Notes under the pieces: generated by a model
The model's database searches: none
The model's input: only the letters and a program-made list of their open reading frames with translations
Told to the model about the DNA's origin: nothing
Position numbers and translations under genes: made by a program
NCBI GenBank assembly: GCA_038150265.1
Contig: JAYOTF010000039.1
Coordinates: forward strand, 1 to 31,503
Length of the DNA: 31,503 nucleotides
Direction: 5' to 3'
Source of the DNA: Deltaproteobacteria bacterium
Lineage (GTDB): Bacteria; SAR324; NAC60-12
Shown: one piece after another, positions 17,524 to 26,169 of the stretch
Numbering within the stretch: the first letter of the stretch is position 1
How the letters are laid out: every line of letters starts with the position of its first letter

Positions 17524-18238
17524 CGTCACGAGTTTGGCAGCACACAACTTTCAGGCCCACCTGTCCAAAACCTACCCGGGACGAGGAATCGTCATTGGAC
17601 GGGCCGATGCCGAATCGTGGATCATCGTCTACTGGATCATGGGACGCAGCGCCAACAGCCGCAACCGAGTGTTTGTCTGGGAAGACCAGCAGCTCCGGAC
17701 CCAGGCGGCAGATCCAAGCAAGGTGGAAGACCCGTCTCTGATCATCTACCACGCCGTCCGGCCCCTCTCCAGCGGCTGGGTCGTCAGCAACGGCACCCAA
17801 ACCGACACCGTGGTCGAGGGCATGTCGCGTGGCTTGAGCTTCGAGCAGTCCCTCATCAGTGAGCGGCATGAGCCGGATGCGCCGAACTTCACGCCCCGCA
17901 TCACGGGCCTGCTTGACCTGGATGCGGCGCATCAGCCCGTCTGCCTGTCTCAGATCCGTCGGTCGGCATGGGGCGACCAGTCGGAACACTGCTACTACCA
18001 CTATCCGGACTTCCCGGCCGGCGTGGGCGTGGGCATCAGTACCTACGAAGACGATGGCGATCCACTCCCGAGTTTCTCCGGTGCGCCCTTGCTGCTTCCG
18101 GTCACCGAAAGTCCGGAAGCCACCGCCCAGCGCTACTGGGAGGCCCTGAATCCAGAAAATCGTATTTCCTTGGCAGCGCTGCGTCTGCATCCGCTGAAGC
18201 CCCCTGAAGTGTCGCTTCTCAATCGTTTTCCCGGTTGA
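17513..18238 (+). CDS. IMP cyclohydrolase-like protein (PurO/Ntn-fold type, PF07826-like)
   Basis: Motifs YPGRGIVIG, YWIMGRSANSRNR, DPSLIIY, SNGTQTD, EPDAPNFTPRITG and TY..DGDPLPSF. ATG at 17513 overlaps the rng 3' end and has a GAGG RBS. Confidence 0.85.
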   Translation: MSTDVTSLAAHNFQAHLSKTYPGRGIVIGRADAESWIIVYWIMGRSANSRNRVFVWEDQQLRTQAADPSKVEDPSLIIYHAVRPLSSGWVVSNGTQTDTVVEGMSRGLSFEQSLISERHEPDAPNFTPRITGLLDLDAAHQPVCLSQIRRSAWGDQSEHCYYHYPDFPAGVGVGISTYEDDGDPLPSFSGAPLLLPVTESPEATAQRYWEALNPENRISLAALRLHPLKPPEVSLLNRFPG

Positions 18239-18347
18239 ATCGCCGATGACGCTTGCCGAAAGCTTTACTCCGACCGCAGATGGTGGTAAAGCTAGTTACC
18301 TTATGCCAAACGGGCACAACTCCTGACTCCTTCCTCGAATAAAATCC

Positions 18348-19313
18348 ATGGGTGCCGAACGACGACAATTTCTCCGAGTCCTCTTTGAAGAAACCATCGA
18401 AATCCGCACAGCAGAGTGGTCGGACCCCGTGGCAACCGGGTTGGACGTTTCGTTGAATGGGGTTCGCTTTCACTGTGAAAACTCACTCTCAGACGGAGAG
18501 ACCGTCACCATCGGTTTCCGTCCGGATTTTGAGCTGGAAGGCAAGGTGCGCTGGTGCTGGCCCATTGAGTGGTACTACCAGGCAGCCGTCCAGTTTGTGG
18601 AAATCACGCCCGATGAGCAGGAACGCCTGCGCGACTACATCATGTCGGTAACCGGGGAAGACTACCCTGTGGACGACGACGACTCGGCTCCCGAGCCCGA
18701 GCCCGCTGCTCAGGAAGAGTACCTGGAGCTCGACCAGCAGGCTCCTGTGCTGGCCACCGAATTTGCACCCGGTGACCTCTCTCCGATGGCCTATGCCGGA
18801 AAGATTGTCATGATCATGAGTGAGCAGGAGGAGCAGGCCAACACCCTGAGGCGCTACTTCACGGAGCGGTGTGGCTTTGAGTCGGAGGTGATGAGCAAGA
18901 AGCACAGCCTGTGGCGCATGATGAAGCTGGACGCCGCTGATGTCGCTGTCCTGTCGTGGGATGCCAATGACCCTCAGGAGTCCATTGACACCATGCTGCA
19001 GACGAAGGAGCAGTTTCCGGAAACGCAGATCATCTTCCTCGGTGGGTCGGTTTCCCTTGAGGCCCGGCTGCACGCCCTTAACCAGGGCGCCACCGACTTC
19101 CTGACCCAGCCGGTCAGCCTGGCGTCTGTTGCTCAGAGTGTGCTCAAGGCCCTGGCCCAGCAGCCCGCTCCCGACCTGCAGGAGACGGATGCAGTTGCGG
19201 CGACCATCGCGGCCACCCCGCTCTTCTCAGAAGAGGAGCTTTCGGAAAACGACCTGCTGGAAGATGACTTTGACCTGGGAGATGAGCTGGAACTCATCGA
19301 CGAGGATTTTTAA
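18348..19313 (+). CDS. PilZ domain plus atypical receiver domain protein
   Basis: N-terminal ERRQFLR (RxxxR) and DVSLNG (DxSxxG), GKVRW, an acidic linker, REC-like fold (IIFLGG..ALNQGATDFLTQP) and a very acidic tail. Confidence 0.85.
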   Translation: MGAERRQFLRVLFEETIEIRTAEWSDPVATGLDVSLNGVRFHCENSLSDGETVTIGFRPDFELEGKVRWCWPIEWYYQAAVQFVEITPDEQERLRDYIMSVTGEDYPVDDDDSAPEPEPAAQEEYLELDQQAPVLATEFAPGDLSPMAYAGKIVMIMSEQEEQANTLRRYFTERCGFESEVMSKKHSLWRMMKLDAADVAVLSWDANDPQESIDTMLQTKEQFPETQIIFLGGSVSLEARLHALNQGATDFLTQPVSLASVAQSVLKALAQQPAPDLQETDAVAATIAATPLFSEEELSENDLLEDDFDLGDELELIDEDF

Positions 19314-19349
19314 GGCAGGCGATCGTCACTCAGACAATCGAAGGAAGAC

Positions 19350-19388
19350 AAAGGGAAGTTGGTGGACCCCACCAGCTTCCCTTTTTTT
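19350..19388 (+). terminator. Intrinsic terminator, possibly bidirectional
   Basis: AAAGGGAAGTTGGTGG-ACC-CCACCAGCTTCCCTTT continuing into a T7 run, located between convergent genes. Confidence 0.85.
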
Positions 19389-19392
19389 ATGC

Positions 19393-20964
19393 TCAGAAGC
19401 GCTCAGCCGACGCTGCGTGCCAAGCCCGCGCAAACGAAGGAGGCGGATCGTTCAGCAGCACTCCGGGCTCCAGGAAGTCGTAGATCTCGGAGTAGTTCCG
19501 GATCTCCGTTGGGCCCGTCCGGCGCATGAGGTGCCACGGTCGGACTTCATCCGTTCCCGCCAGTCCCATGGCGCCCAGCATTTCGGAAACACTGACCTCG
19601 GTGTTGCGGTGGAAGTTGTAGACCCGTTGGGCCTTGTCTTCCACGACCAGCCCTTCGGCATAGCGCGGATCCTGGGTAGCGACTCCAACCGGGCAGGCGT
19701 TCGTGTTGCACTTCTGGGCCTGAATGCAGCCCAGCGCCATCATCATGCCCCGAGCGGTGTTGCAGGCATCAGCGCCCAGCGCCAGGCGCTTGATGACGCC
19801 AAAGCCAGAGGTGACCTTGCCGCTGGAGATGATCTTGATCCTGTCCCGGAGGCCGCAGCCCAGCAGAGCGCTGTGGACAAAGATCAGGCCTTCCACCAGC
19901 GGAGTGCCGATGCTGTCTGTAAACTCGGTCGGCGCCGCTCCGGTTCCACCTTCCCCGCCATCCACAGTAATGAAGTCCGGGGTGATGCCCGTCTGCAGCA
20001 TGGCCTTGCAGATCGCCAGGAATTCCCGACGCTTCCCGACACACAGCTTGAAGCCCACCGGCTTGCCGCCTGAAAGCTCACGCAGTTGGGCAATGAACTC
20101 CACCATCTCCAGCGGGTTGCTGAAGGCCCGGTGTCCGGGAGGCGAGTTGACGTCATGGCCCATCGGGACATCCCGGATTTCCGAAATCTCCTTGGTCAGC
20201 TTCGCCGCTGGCAAAATGCCCCCGTGTCCCGGCTTTGCCCCTTGAGAGAGCTTGATCTCGATCATCTTGACGTTCTCATGCGTGGCCCGCATCTGAAACG
20301 TCTCCGGATTGAACTCGCCTTCATGAGTCCGGCACCCGAAGTACCCGGTTCCAATCTGCCAGATCAGGTCGCCCCCCTGCAGGTGGTAGGGGCTGATGCC
20401 CCCCTCCCCCGTGTTGTGGGCAAACTTGCCCATCTTGGCTCCCAGGTTGAGCGCCCGGACGGCATTCGAGCTCAAGGCTCCAAAGCTCATGGCCGAGACG
20501 TTCAGGATGCTCGCCGAGTAGGGCTGCTTGCAGTCGGGTCCGCCGATGTCGATCCGCATGTCCTTGAGGTCAATGTGCTTGGCCATCAAGGAGTGGTTGA
20601 CCCACTCGTATCCCACCTCATACACGTCACGCATCGTTCCAAACGGAATGGTATCGCGTGCATTCTTGGCACGAGCATACACCACACTGCGCTGCTGGCG
20701 GTTGAAGGGGGCTCCATCGGTATCGGACTCGACAAAGTACTGGTGAATCTCCGGGCGAATCTCTTCCAGCAGGAACCGGAAGTGTCCCAGCACCGGGAAA
20801 TTTCTCAGAATGGTGTGCTGCTTTTGGGCCATATCCCGGTAACCCAGCAGGATGATGGGGCCCAGCACCACCAGGGACCACAGAATGGCGGGGGTCCCCA
20901 GTGCAGCAATGATCCCGTTGGCGGCCAGGACCACCACGGTGAAGGTATGAAACATCTTGCGCAT
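19393..20964 (-). CDS. FMN-binding glutamate synthase family protein (stand-alone, membrane-anchored)
   Basis: Motifs SAMSFGALS, NTGEGG, QIGTGYFG, IEIKLSQGAKPGHGG, DGGEGGTGAAP, and 3Fe-4S motif GCIQAQKCNTNACPVG. N-terminal TM helices, no amidotransferase domain, GGAG RBS. Confidence 0.93.
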   Translation of the reverse strand: MRKMFHTFTVVVLAANGIIAALGTPAILWSLVVLGPIILLGYRDMAQKQHTILRNFPVLGHFRFLLEEIRPEIHQYFVESDTDGAPFNRQQRSVVYARAKNARDTIPFGTMRDVYEVGYEWVNHSLMAKHIDLKDMRIDIGGPDCKQPYSASILNVSAMSFGALSSNAVRALNLGAKMGKFAHNTGEGGISPYHLQGGDLIWQIGTGYFGCRTHEGEFNPETFQMRATHENVKMIEIKLSQGAKPGHGGILPAAKLTKEISEIRDVPMGHDVNSPPGHRAFSNPLEMVEFIAQLRELSGGKPVGFKLCVGKRREFLAICKAMLQTGITPDFITVDGGEGGTGAAPTEFTDSIGTPLVEGLIFVHSALLGCGLRDRIKIISSGKVTSGFGVIKRLALGADACNTARGMMMALGCIQAQKCNTNACPVGVATQDPRYAEGLVVEDKAQRVYNFHRNTEVSVSEMLGAMGLAGTDEVRPWHLMRRTGPTEIRNYSEIYDFLEPGVLLNDPPPSFARAWHAASAERF

Positions 20965-21063
20965 GATGTAATGCTCCGTAGGAGGTTGCGAACGACAAAA
21001 GCCTCAATGTAATGCCACGATTTCACCGAAGACACACGCTCTTTTTTAGAAGCCCTTCAACTT

Positions 21064-21987
21064 TCAGGAAGGGGCCTCAGCCGTGAGGGGCCGTGAATCA
21101 TCAAAGTAAAAAAGGGCCTCCTTCAAGGCCATTCCCAGCATCTGGACGCGCTGTGGGTTGAAGCACTGTCCAAGTTGCTGGAAAATCTCAATGGCGGGTG
21201 TGAGCACCTCCGCCTGGTGTGGGCGAAGCTCCCAGCGCTCCATGCGGTCAGAAACCGACAGGGCCAGCAGCCGGGTGGACGCTTCCAGAAACTCAGGCCA
21301 GGTCAGGGCCAGATCGATGCCGGCAGGGGTGCCCGGAAGCAGCTCTGGCAAAAGGCGTCCCAAAACCTTGGCATTTCCTCCGGTGAGCAGCAACTCCTCG
21401 CACGCCGAGGGACCCGCCTTCCACGTCTCCAGCGCCCCCTGCAGGGGCTCGCGTTCCAGGGTCCGGAGGGTGCCGTGCTCCAGGCTCACCTGCTCGCAGA
21501 TCTGCCGGTGCTGCAGCCGCGTCAGCTCCAGGCTTCCGCCCCCCAGGTCGGCCACCACGGCGTCCTGCAGCCCAGTCGGGTAGCGGACGAGCAGCCCGCG
21601 GATCATCGCCTGTGCCTCTTCCGCCCCACTCAGAATCCGCAAGGGCGCCTGCATGGCCTGCTCCACGCACCGGGTGAGTTCCTGCTGATTGCTGGCCGAT
21701 CGGACGGCGCTGGTGGCATAGATCTTCAAGCGCGGCGGGGGCGTCCAACGGACCAGCTCCTCATGCAACTCCTGCAGCGCCTGCTTCAGCTCTTCGAGAA
21801 TGAAGCCCGAAACCTGGCCTCTCTGAAACACCGCCTGCCCCAACCGGACGTGTCGGCTCCACTTCTGGTGCACCTCCACGGCTCCAGAAGCATCCAGCTG
21901 CCCAATGACCATCCGGATGGCACTGCTGCCCAGCTCCAGAATCGCGTCTTCAGTCGAGGCAGGCACGGATCTGTGCTCCAACTGCAC
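21064..21987 (-). CDS. Ppx/GppA-family phosphatase, short divergent form without HD domain
   Basis: Motifs ELGSSAIRM, VRLG, ATSAVRSASN, ILSGAEEA and DLGGGSLE. Confidence 0.82.
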   Translation of the reverse strand: MQLEHRSVPASTEDAILELGSSAIRMVIGQLDASGAVEVHQKWSRHVRLGQAVFQRGQVSGFILEELKQALQELHEELVRWTPPPRLKIYATSAVRSASNQQELTRCVEQAMQAPLRILSGAEEAQAMIRGLLVRYPTGLQDAVVADLGGGSLELTRLQHRQICEQVSLEHGTLRTLEREPLQGALETWKAGPSACEELLLTGGNAKVLGRLLPELLPGTPAGIDLALTWPEFLEASTRLLALSVSDRMERWELRPHQAEVLTPAIEIFQQLGQCFNPQRVQMLGMALKEALFYFDDSRPLTAEAPS

Positions 21988-22351
21988 TCATCTCGCCCTC
22001 AGCGTAGGTCACCTGATCGCGACGGGAGCTTCCCGGCGGACGGGGGATGATGTGAAAGTGGACATGCAGCACCTCCTGCCCCGCGTCCGGTCCATTGTTG
22101 AGGACCACGTTGTAGTCCACCCCCTCCTGGGCGCGCGTCACCGCTGCTGCCACCCGCTGCAGGGTCTTCATCAGCGCGGCAGCCTCCTCCGGAGGCAGGT
22201 CTTCCAAACGCGACACTTCCCGCTTCGGCACCACGAGGGCGTGCCCCCTGGATTTGGGGTTGATGTCCAGAAACGAAAACTCGGAATCCGTCTCAAGCAG
22301 ACGTTCACAGGGGATCTCCCCCTGGATGATTTTGGTAAAGATGGAAGCCAT
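21950..22351 (-). CDS. HIT (histidine triad) family nucleotide hydrolase
   Basis: Motifs SIFTKII.GEIP, FLDINP..GHALVVPK and AGQEVLHVHFHIIPR. Confidence 0.95.
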   Translation of the reverse strand: MASIFTKIIQGEIPCERLLETDSEFSFLDINPKSRGHALVVPKREVSRLEDLPPEEAAALMKTLQRVAAAVTRAQEGVDYNVVLNNGPDAGQEVLHVHFHIIPRPPGSSRRDQVTYAEGEMSAVGAQIRACLD

Positions 22352-22444
22352 GAGCGTGGGAAAGTCGATTTGGGGTTGTTTGTTGAGAAAACCAAGGCTA
22401 GGCTCTAGCCCAAATTACCTGAGCCGCCATTCAACAACCTCACT

Positions 22445-25252
22445 GTGCTCGTGAATTCGACGACCTCGAGGGGCCTGTTTCTGCTAGCCCTCCTCTTCCT
22501 CCTCGTGTTGCCTCTGGACGGAATCGCGTCTTCACTGAAGACCGTTCCTTCCTACCGGATCCAGGTGGAATACGACCACGATCAGAAACGGCTTGAGGCT
22601 AAAATGCAAGTTCGTTTTCCGAGCGATTCTCCCCCAGCAAGCGAGCGGATTTTCCTCCTGCCCATGAACCGCTTCCGGAAGCCCGACTCCCGGGGCATCC
22701 GTCGGCACCGGCTCGTGCCCGTCTTTGCTCAAGACCGCTTCACCGACAACAACCAGGACCCCCTCTTCCCCACAGGATTCCACTCTGGAGGAACCCTCAT
22801 CCAGGCCGTCCGGAATGCCCAGGGCCAGGCCCTGCCCTTTGAACTGACGGCCAACCCTCAGGTGGAAATCGGCTACTCCCCTCAAGAAGGGCTCCTGCAC
22901 GTGTTTCCAGCTTCCGGACACACGACCGTGGACGCAGAGCTGGAGATTGAGTTCACCACCCTCTTTCCGGAACGCCTGATGGAAGGCGTGGTCCGCGATC
23001 AGCTGATGGCGTCTCTCTGGTACCCCCTGGTTCCTCCACGAGAAGGCGCCACGGAGGTCCGGACCCTCGACTTGCTGCAGCCGGCTCACTACTCCGTCAC
23101 CTGGACCTCTCGGCAACCCGGGCGCCTGATCCTTCCCGACCAGGACCAGAGCCTCCTTCATGGGGAAACCCTCGACTCCGCTCCCGATCAGCTGCTGCTT
23201 CGGTTTCCCGTGGTGTTTTCTCCACAACTCAAACCCGCGTGGGTGGAAGAAGACACCTCTCAGCGGCCTCGGCTGACCTTTCAGGTCCGGCAGGGAGAAG
23301 CTCACCGGACCCGGCTCCTCGCCGAGACCGTCCGCTCCTTCCTGGCGTTCTGTGAAGAGCGTTACCAACTCAAGCTTCCCTGGGACACCCTCCACCTGAT
23401 TGAAACACCCGCCTCCTTTGAAGAGGTCCGGGTGTACGGAAACCTCGTCCTCATTCCCACCGCAAACCTCCAGCGCTCCGCCTTTCTCGACCGGCGGGCG
23501 GTTTCCTTTCTGACCCGTGCCCTCGGGCAGCTCTGGTTTGGAGAGTGGCTTCAGGCCGATACCAACCGGGACCTCTGGCTCCGACTGGGCTTCCCGGCCT
23601 TTCTCGGGCTCCGCTACTTTGAGGACCGCTACGGCACCGATGCGACGATCTTCGACTTCTGGGACTGGCTCAACCCACGCTACCGGGAGCATTTCTACGA
23701 GCTCCCCGTCCGCAGCATCCGGAACGAGCTGCTCCGCCCCATCGCCACCGCATTCCGGAGTGCTCCGGCGTCTCAAGACTTCCTCCGGATTGTGACCTAC
23801 AAGACCGCGTTGGTGCTCTCCATGCTTGAGTCCGTCCAGGGGCCTTCTCACTTTCAGGAGGGGCTGCACCGTCTGCAGGTGGAGCCCTCTCGTGTGCAGA
23901 CGCTTCCGCAGCTGGAAGCCGCCTTAACGCCTCCGGGAGAGGATTGGCACTGGTTCTTTGAGCAGTGGTTCCGAACGAACCGGACGCTTGACTACGCGCT
24001 GGGGGAGGTGGCGGTGGAGGAGCTTGCTGACGGACGCTTCCGGACCGATGTGGAAGTCCGGCGCCTGGGCACCGGGCGCATGCCCATCGACGTTCAGCTC
24101 TACCTCGCTTCCAACGAGCAGCAACGGCGGCGCCTCTCCGGACGTCCTGCCCATGAGTCGATCTCGTTCTACAGCAACACCGCGCCAGACTGGGTCTCGC
24201 TGGATCCCGATGAAACCCTGCTGGAGGAATCGCGCATCAACAACCACTCCCGGAACTTCCTGCGTGTTCGGTTTGCCTTTGACTGGAAGAAGCAGCGCGA
24301 GCAGCTCATTGCCCTCATCCCCGGCATCTCCAGCAATGCCATTGACGGCAACTCCCTTGGCATCGGCATCCGCCAGCGATTTGACAACAACGAGCTGGTC
24401 CTGGCTCCGGGTTACGGTTCCCGGAACCACCGGTTCATCTACCTGGCCCAGTTCACCCGCAAGCACTGGCTCACAGAAGGTGGGGAGCTGTTTCTCAACG
24501 CCTCCGAGTATGCCGGCATCCGCTCGCAAGGCGTGGGAGTGGGGTACAAGTCTCCGGGATACGAGGATCAGATCAACCATGAAGTCCACCTGAACCTCCA
24601 GCAGGAGCTCCTTCTGCAGGTGCAGGAAGGCGCCGAGAGCGTCCCGGAAGAAACCGGAAACCTGAGCACCCTGCAAGTGAGCTATACCGGCACCTGGAGG
24701 CGCCCGTCTCTGCTGGAGCTGGAAGGGGAAGGCCTGTACGAGCAGACCCTGGCCGGCGCACAATCCGACTTCGACTACCGGATCTGGCGCGGGCAGCTGC
24801 TGCAGAGCTGGACCCTCGGGTTTCAGGTGGAATTCTGGCTGCAGGGCATCCGGGGCACGACTGATGGGGTCACGCCACTCCAGAAAAAATTTCAGCTCGG
24901 CTCTCCGGAAGTGCTGCGTGGTTATCCACAGACGACGGAGCTCCGAGACGACGAACTGCAGGCGTGGCGGGGGGACTTTCGGTTTCCACTCACATTGAAA
25001 ACGTGGTGGGCGGACGTCAGCGCCTATGACGTCCAGGGCATTCTTTTTTATGATCAGGGAAAAATCTGGGCCCGCGACGAGTCTCCGGCAGGGCGCCCCC
25101 TCCGGCAAAACATTGGCGTTGGGATTGAGTGGATGCTGGACACGGTTTCGCTGTTTCAGGTGCCGCTGAAGCTCGAACTCGCGGTGCCGATTCACGATGA
25201 CGAGTACCAGCGTCCGCAGCTCGTTCTCCTCGGTACCCTCACGGGGAGCTAG
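22445..25252 (+). CDS. Exported M1-aminopeptidase-like protein with degenerate zinc site, fused to an Omp85-like beta-barrel
   Basis: Signal peptide. M1 scaffold motifs WYP, QLWFG, WL..GF, YKTALVLSML, WFFEQW and DPD..L.E....NN. C-terminal amphipathic strands with LGSPEVLRGY, FYDQGKIW, IGVGI and LKLELAVPI. Confidence 0.72.
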   Translation: MLVNSTTSRGLFLLALLFLLVLPLDGIASSLKTVPSYRIQVEYDHDQKRLEAKMQVRFPSDSPPASERIFLLPMNRFRKPDSRGIRRHRLVPVFAQDRFTDNNQDPLFPTGFHSGGTLIQAVRNAQGQALPFELTANPQVEIGYSPQEGLLHVFPASGHTTVDAELEIEFTTLFPERLMEGVVRDQLMASLWYPLVPPREGATEVRTLDLLQPAHYSVTWTSRQPGRLILPDQDQSLLHGETLDSAPDQLLLRFPVVFSPQLKPAWVEEDTSQRPRLTFQVRQGEAHRTRLLAETVRSFLAFCEERYQLKLPWDTLHLIETPASFEEVRVYGNLVLIPTANLQRSAFLDRRAVSFLTRALGQLWFGEWLQADTNRDLWLRLGFPAFLGLRYFEDRYGTDATIFDFWDWLNPRYREHFYELPVRSIRNELLRPIATAFRSAPASQDFLRIVTYKTALVLSMLESVQGPSHFQEGLHRLQVEPSRVQTLPQLEAALTPPGEDWHWFFEQWFRTNRTLDYALGEVAVEELADGRFRTDVEVRRLGTGRMPIDVQLYLASNEQQRRRLSGRPAHESISFYSNTAPDWVSLDPDETLLEESRINNHSRNFLRVRFAFDWKKQREQLIALIPGISSNAIDGNSLGIGIRQRFDNNELVLAPGYGSRNHRFIYLAQFTRKHWLTEGGELFLNASEYAGIRSQGVGVGYKSPGYEDQINHEVHLNLQQELLLQVQEGAESVPEETGNLSTLQVSYTGTWRRPSLLELEGEGLYEQTLAGAQSDFDYRIWRGQLLQSWTLGFQVEFWLQGIRGTTDGVTPLQKKFQLGSPEVLRGYPQTTELRDDELQAWRGDFRFPLTLKTWWADVSAYDVQGILFYDQGKIWARDESPAGRPLRQNIGVGIEWMLDTVSLFQVPLKLELAVPIHDDEYQRPQLVLLGTLTGS

Positions 25253-25652
25253 GACGCAGCTGCAGGCGCCGGGTGGCGTGGTGCACCGTCACCGTCTCAG
25301 CGGTCAGGCGCTCCACTTCCCAGCCAGCCACCACGTCTCCCTCTTGCACCCACCGAGGCAGTCCCGCTTGCTGCAGCAGCGCGTATGCCCCTTCGTTGGT
25401 TTTCAGAATTGCCTGCACGGTGAAGGGGACCTCTGGAGGAGGAGCGCTCGGCAGAGGTGGCGCTTCTGGCGATAACGACGATGGAGGCGGGGGAGAAGGG
25501 GCCGGGGGCTTCGGGGGGTCCGGAGGTGGATCGGGAGCCACCACAGGCGGGGGTGCCGCGGGAAGGAGGGAGCGAAACGGATTACCGGGCTCCGCAACCA
25601 CAGTGCTGGCAATCAGCACGCCGAGCCCTCCCCCAATCACCTCAAGGCGCAT
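25239..25652 (-). CDS. PilP/GspC-like proline-rich exported protein
   Basis: Short hydrophobic N-terminus, NPF motif, poly-Pro linker and beta-domain YALL....WVQEGD...WEVERL...VTV. Overlaps the upstream pilO-like gene. Confidence 0.55.
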   Translation of the reverse strand: MRLEVIGGGLGVLIASTVVAEPGNPFRSLLPAAPPPVVAPDPPPDPPKPPAPSPPPPSSLSPEAPPLPSAPPPEVPFTVQAILKTNEGAYALLQQAGLPRWVQEGDVVAGWEVERLTAETVTVHHATRRLQLRPSSP

Positions 25653-26169
25653 CTGGAGGAAGCTCCAGGAGGCTCAGGGTCACGTCCATCTGCAGGGCCG
25701 GATTCTGTTCCTGAGGCTTGGGGTTCTGAAGGTGCAACGCCTTGATCGGCATGCCCGGAGGCTTCTGCCAGTCTTGCCAGACCTGCTGCAACGCCAGCCA
25801 ATTCCCGGAAAGCTTCAAGGACAGCTCACGTTCCCGGAGCCCCTCTTGCTCCTGCACGGGTCCCTGCTTTTGCTCCAGGAGGGTCACGTCGCCCTTGTTG
25901 AGCGCTCGGACGAGGCGATACTGCGTTTCGGTCGAGTTCCAGTGGTGTTCCTGAAGCACCGGTCGCGCTTCTGGCACTGCAGGGGGAGCCTCCAGCAGCG
26001 GCAGTTGGGCCAGTGCCGCTTGTGCCGTCTGCAGCTGCTGCTGACGCTGAGCCTTGGCCTTGATCCGCGGTTGCAGCACCTGCCACTCCAGCAGCACGCC
26101 TCCGGCCACCAGCAGGAGCAGGATGCCCAGCAGGCGGAAGTGCCTCCCGGCCTCAGCCCCCGGACTCAT
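25642..26169 (-). CDS. PilO/GspM-like inner-membrane protein
   Basis: One TM helix, short coiled coil, and ferredoxin-like C-terminus (LSLKLSGNW..L.....I..L.L...LQMDVTL). Confidence 0.5.
   Translation of the reverse strand: MSPGAEAGRHFRLLGILLLLVAGGVLLEWQVLQPRIKAKAQRQQQLQTAQAALAQLPLLEAPPAVPEARPVLQEHHWNSTETQYRLVRALNKGDVTLLEQKQGPVQEQEGLRERELSLKLSGNWLALQQVWQDWQKPPGMPIKALHLQNPKPQEQNPALQMDVTLSLLELPPDAP

Noticed and set aside
19393..20964. Truncated gltB pseudogene
   Set aside because: Intact ORF with RBS and N-terminal TM segments; stand-alone FMN-binding glutamate-synthase-like proteins are a known family.
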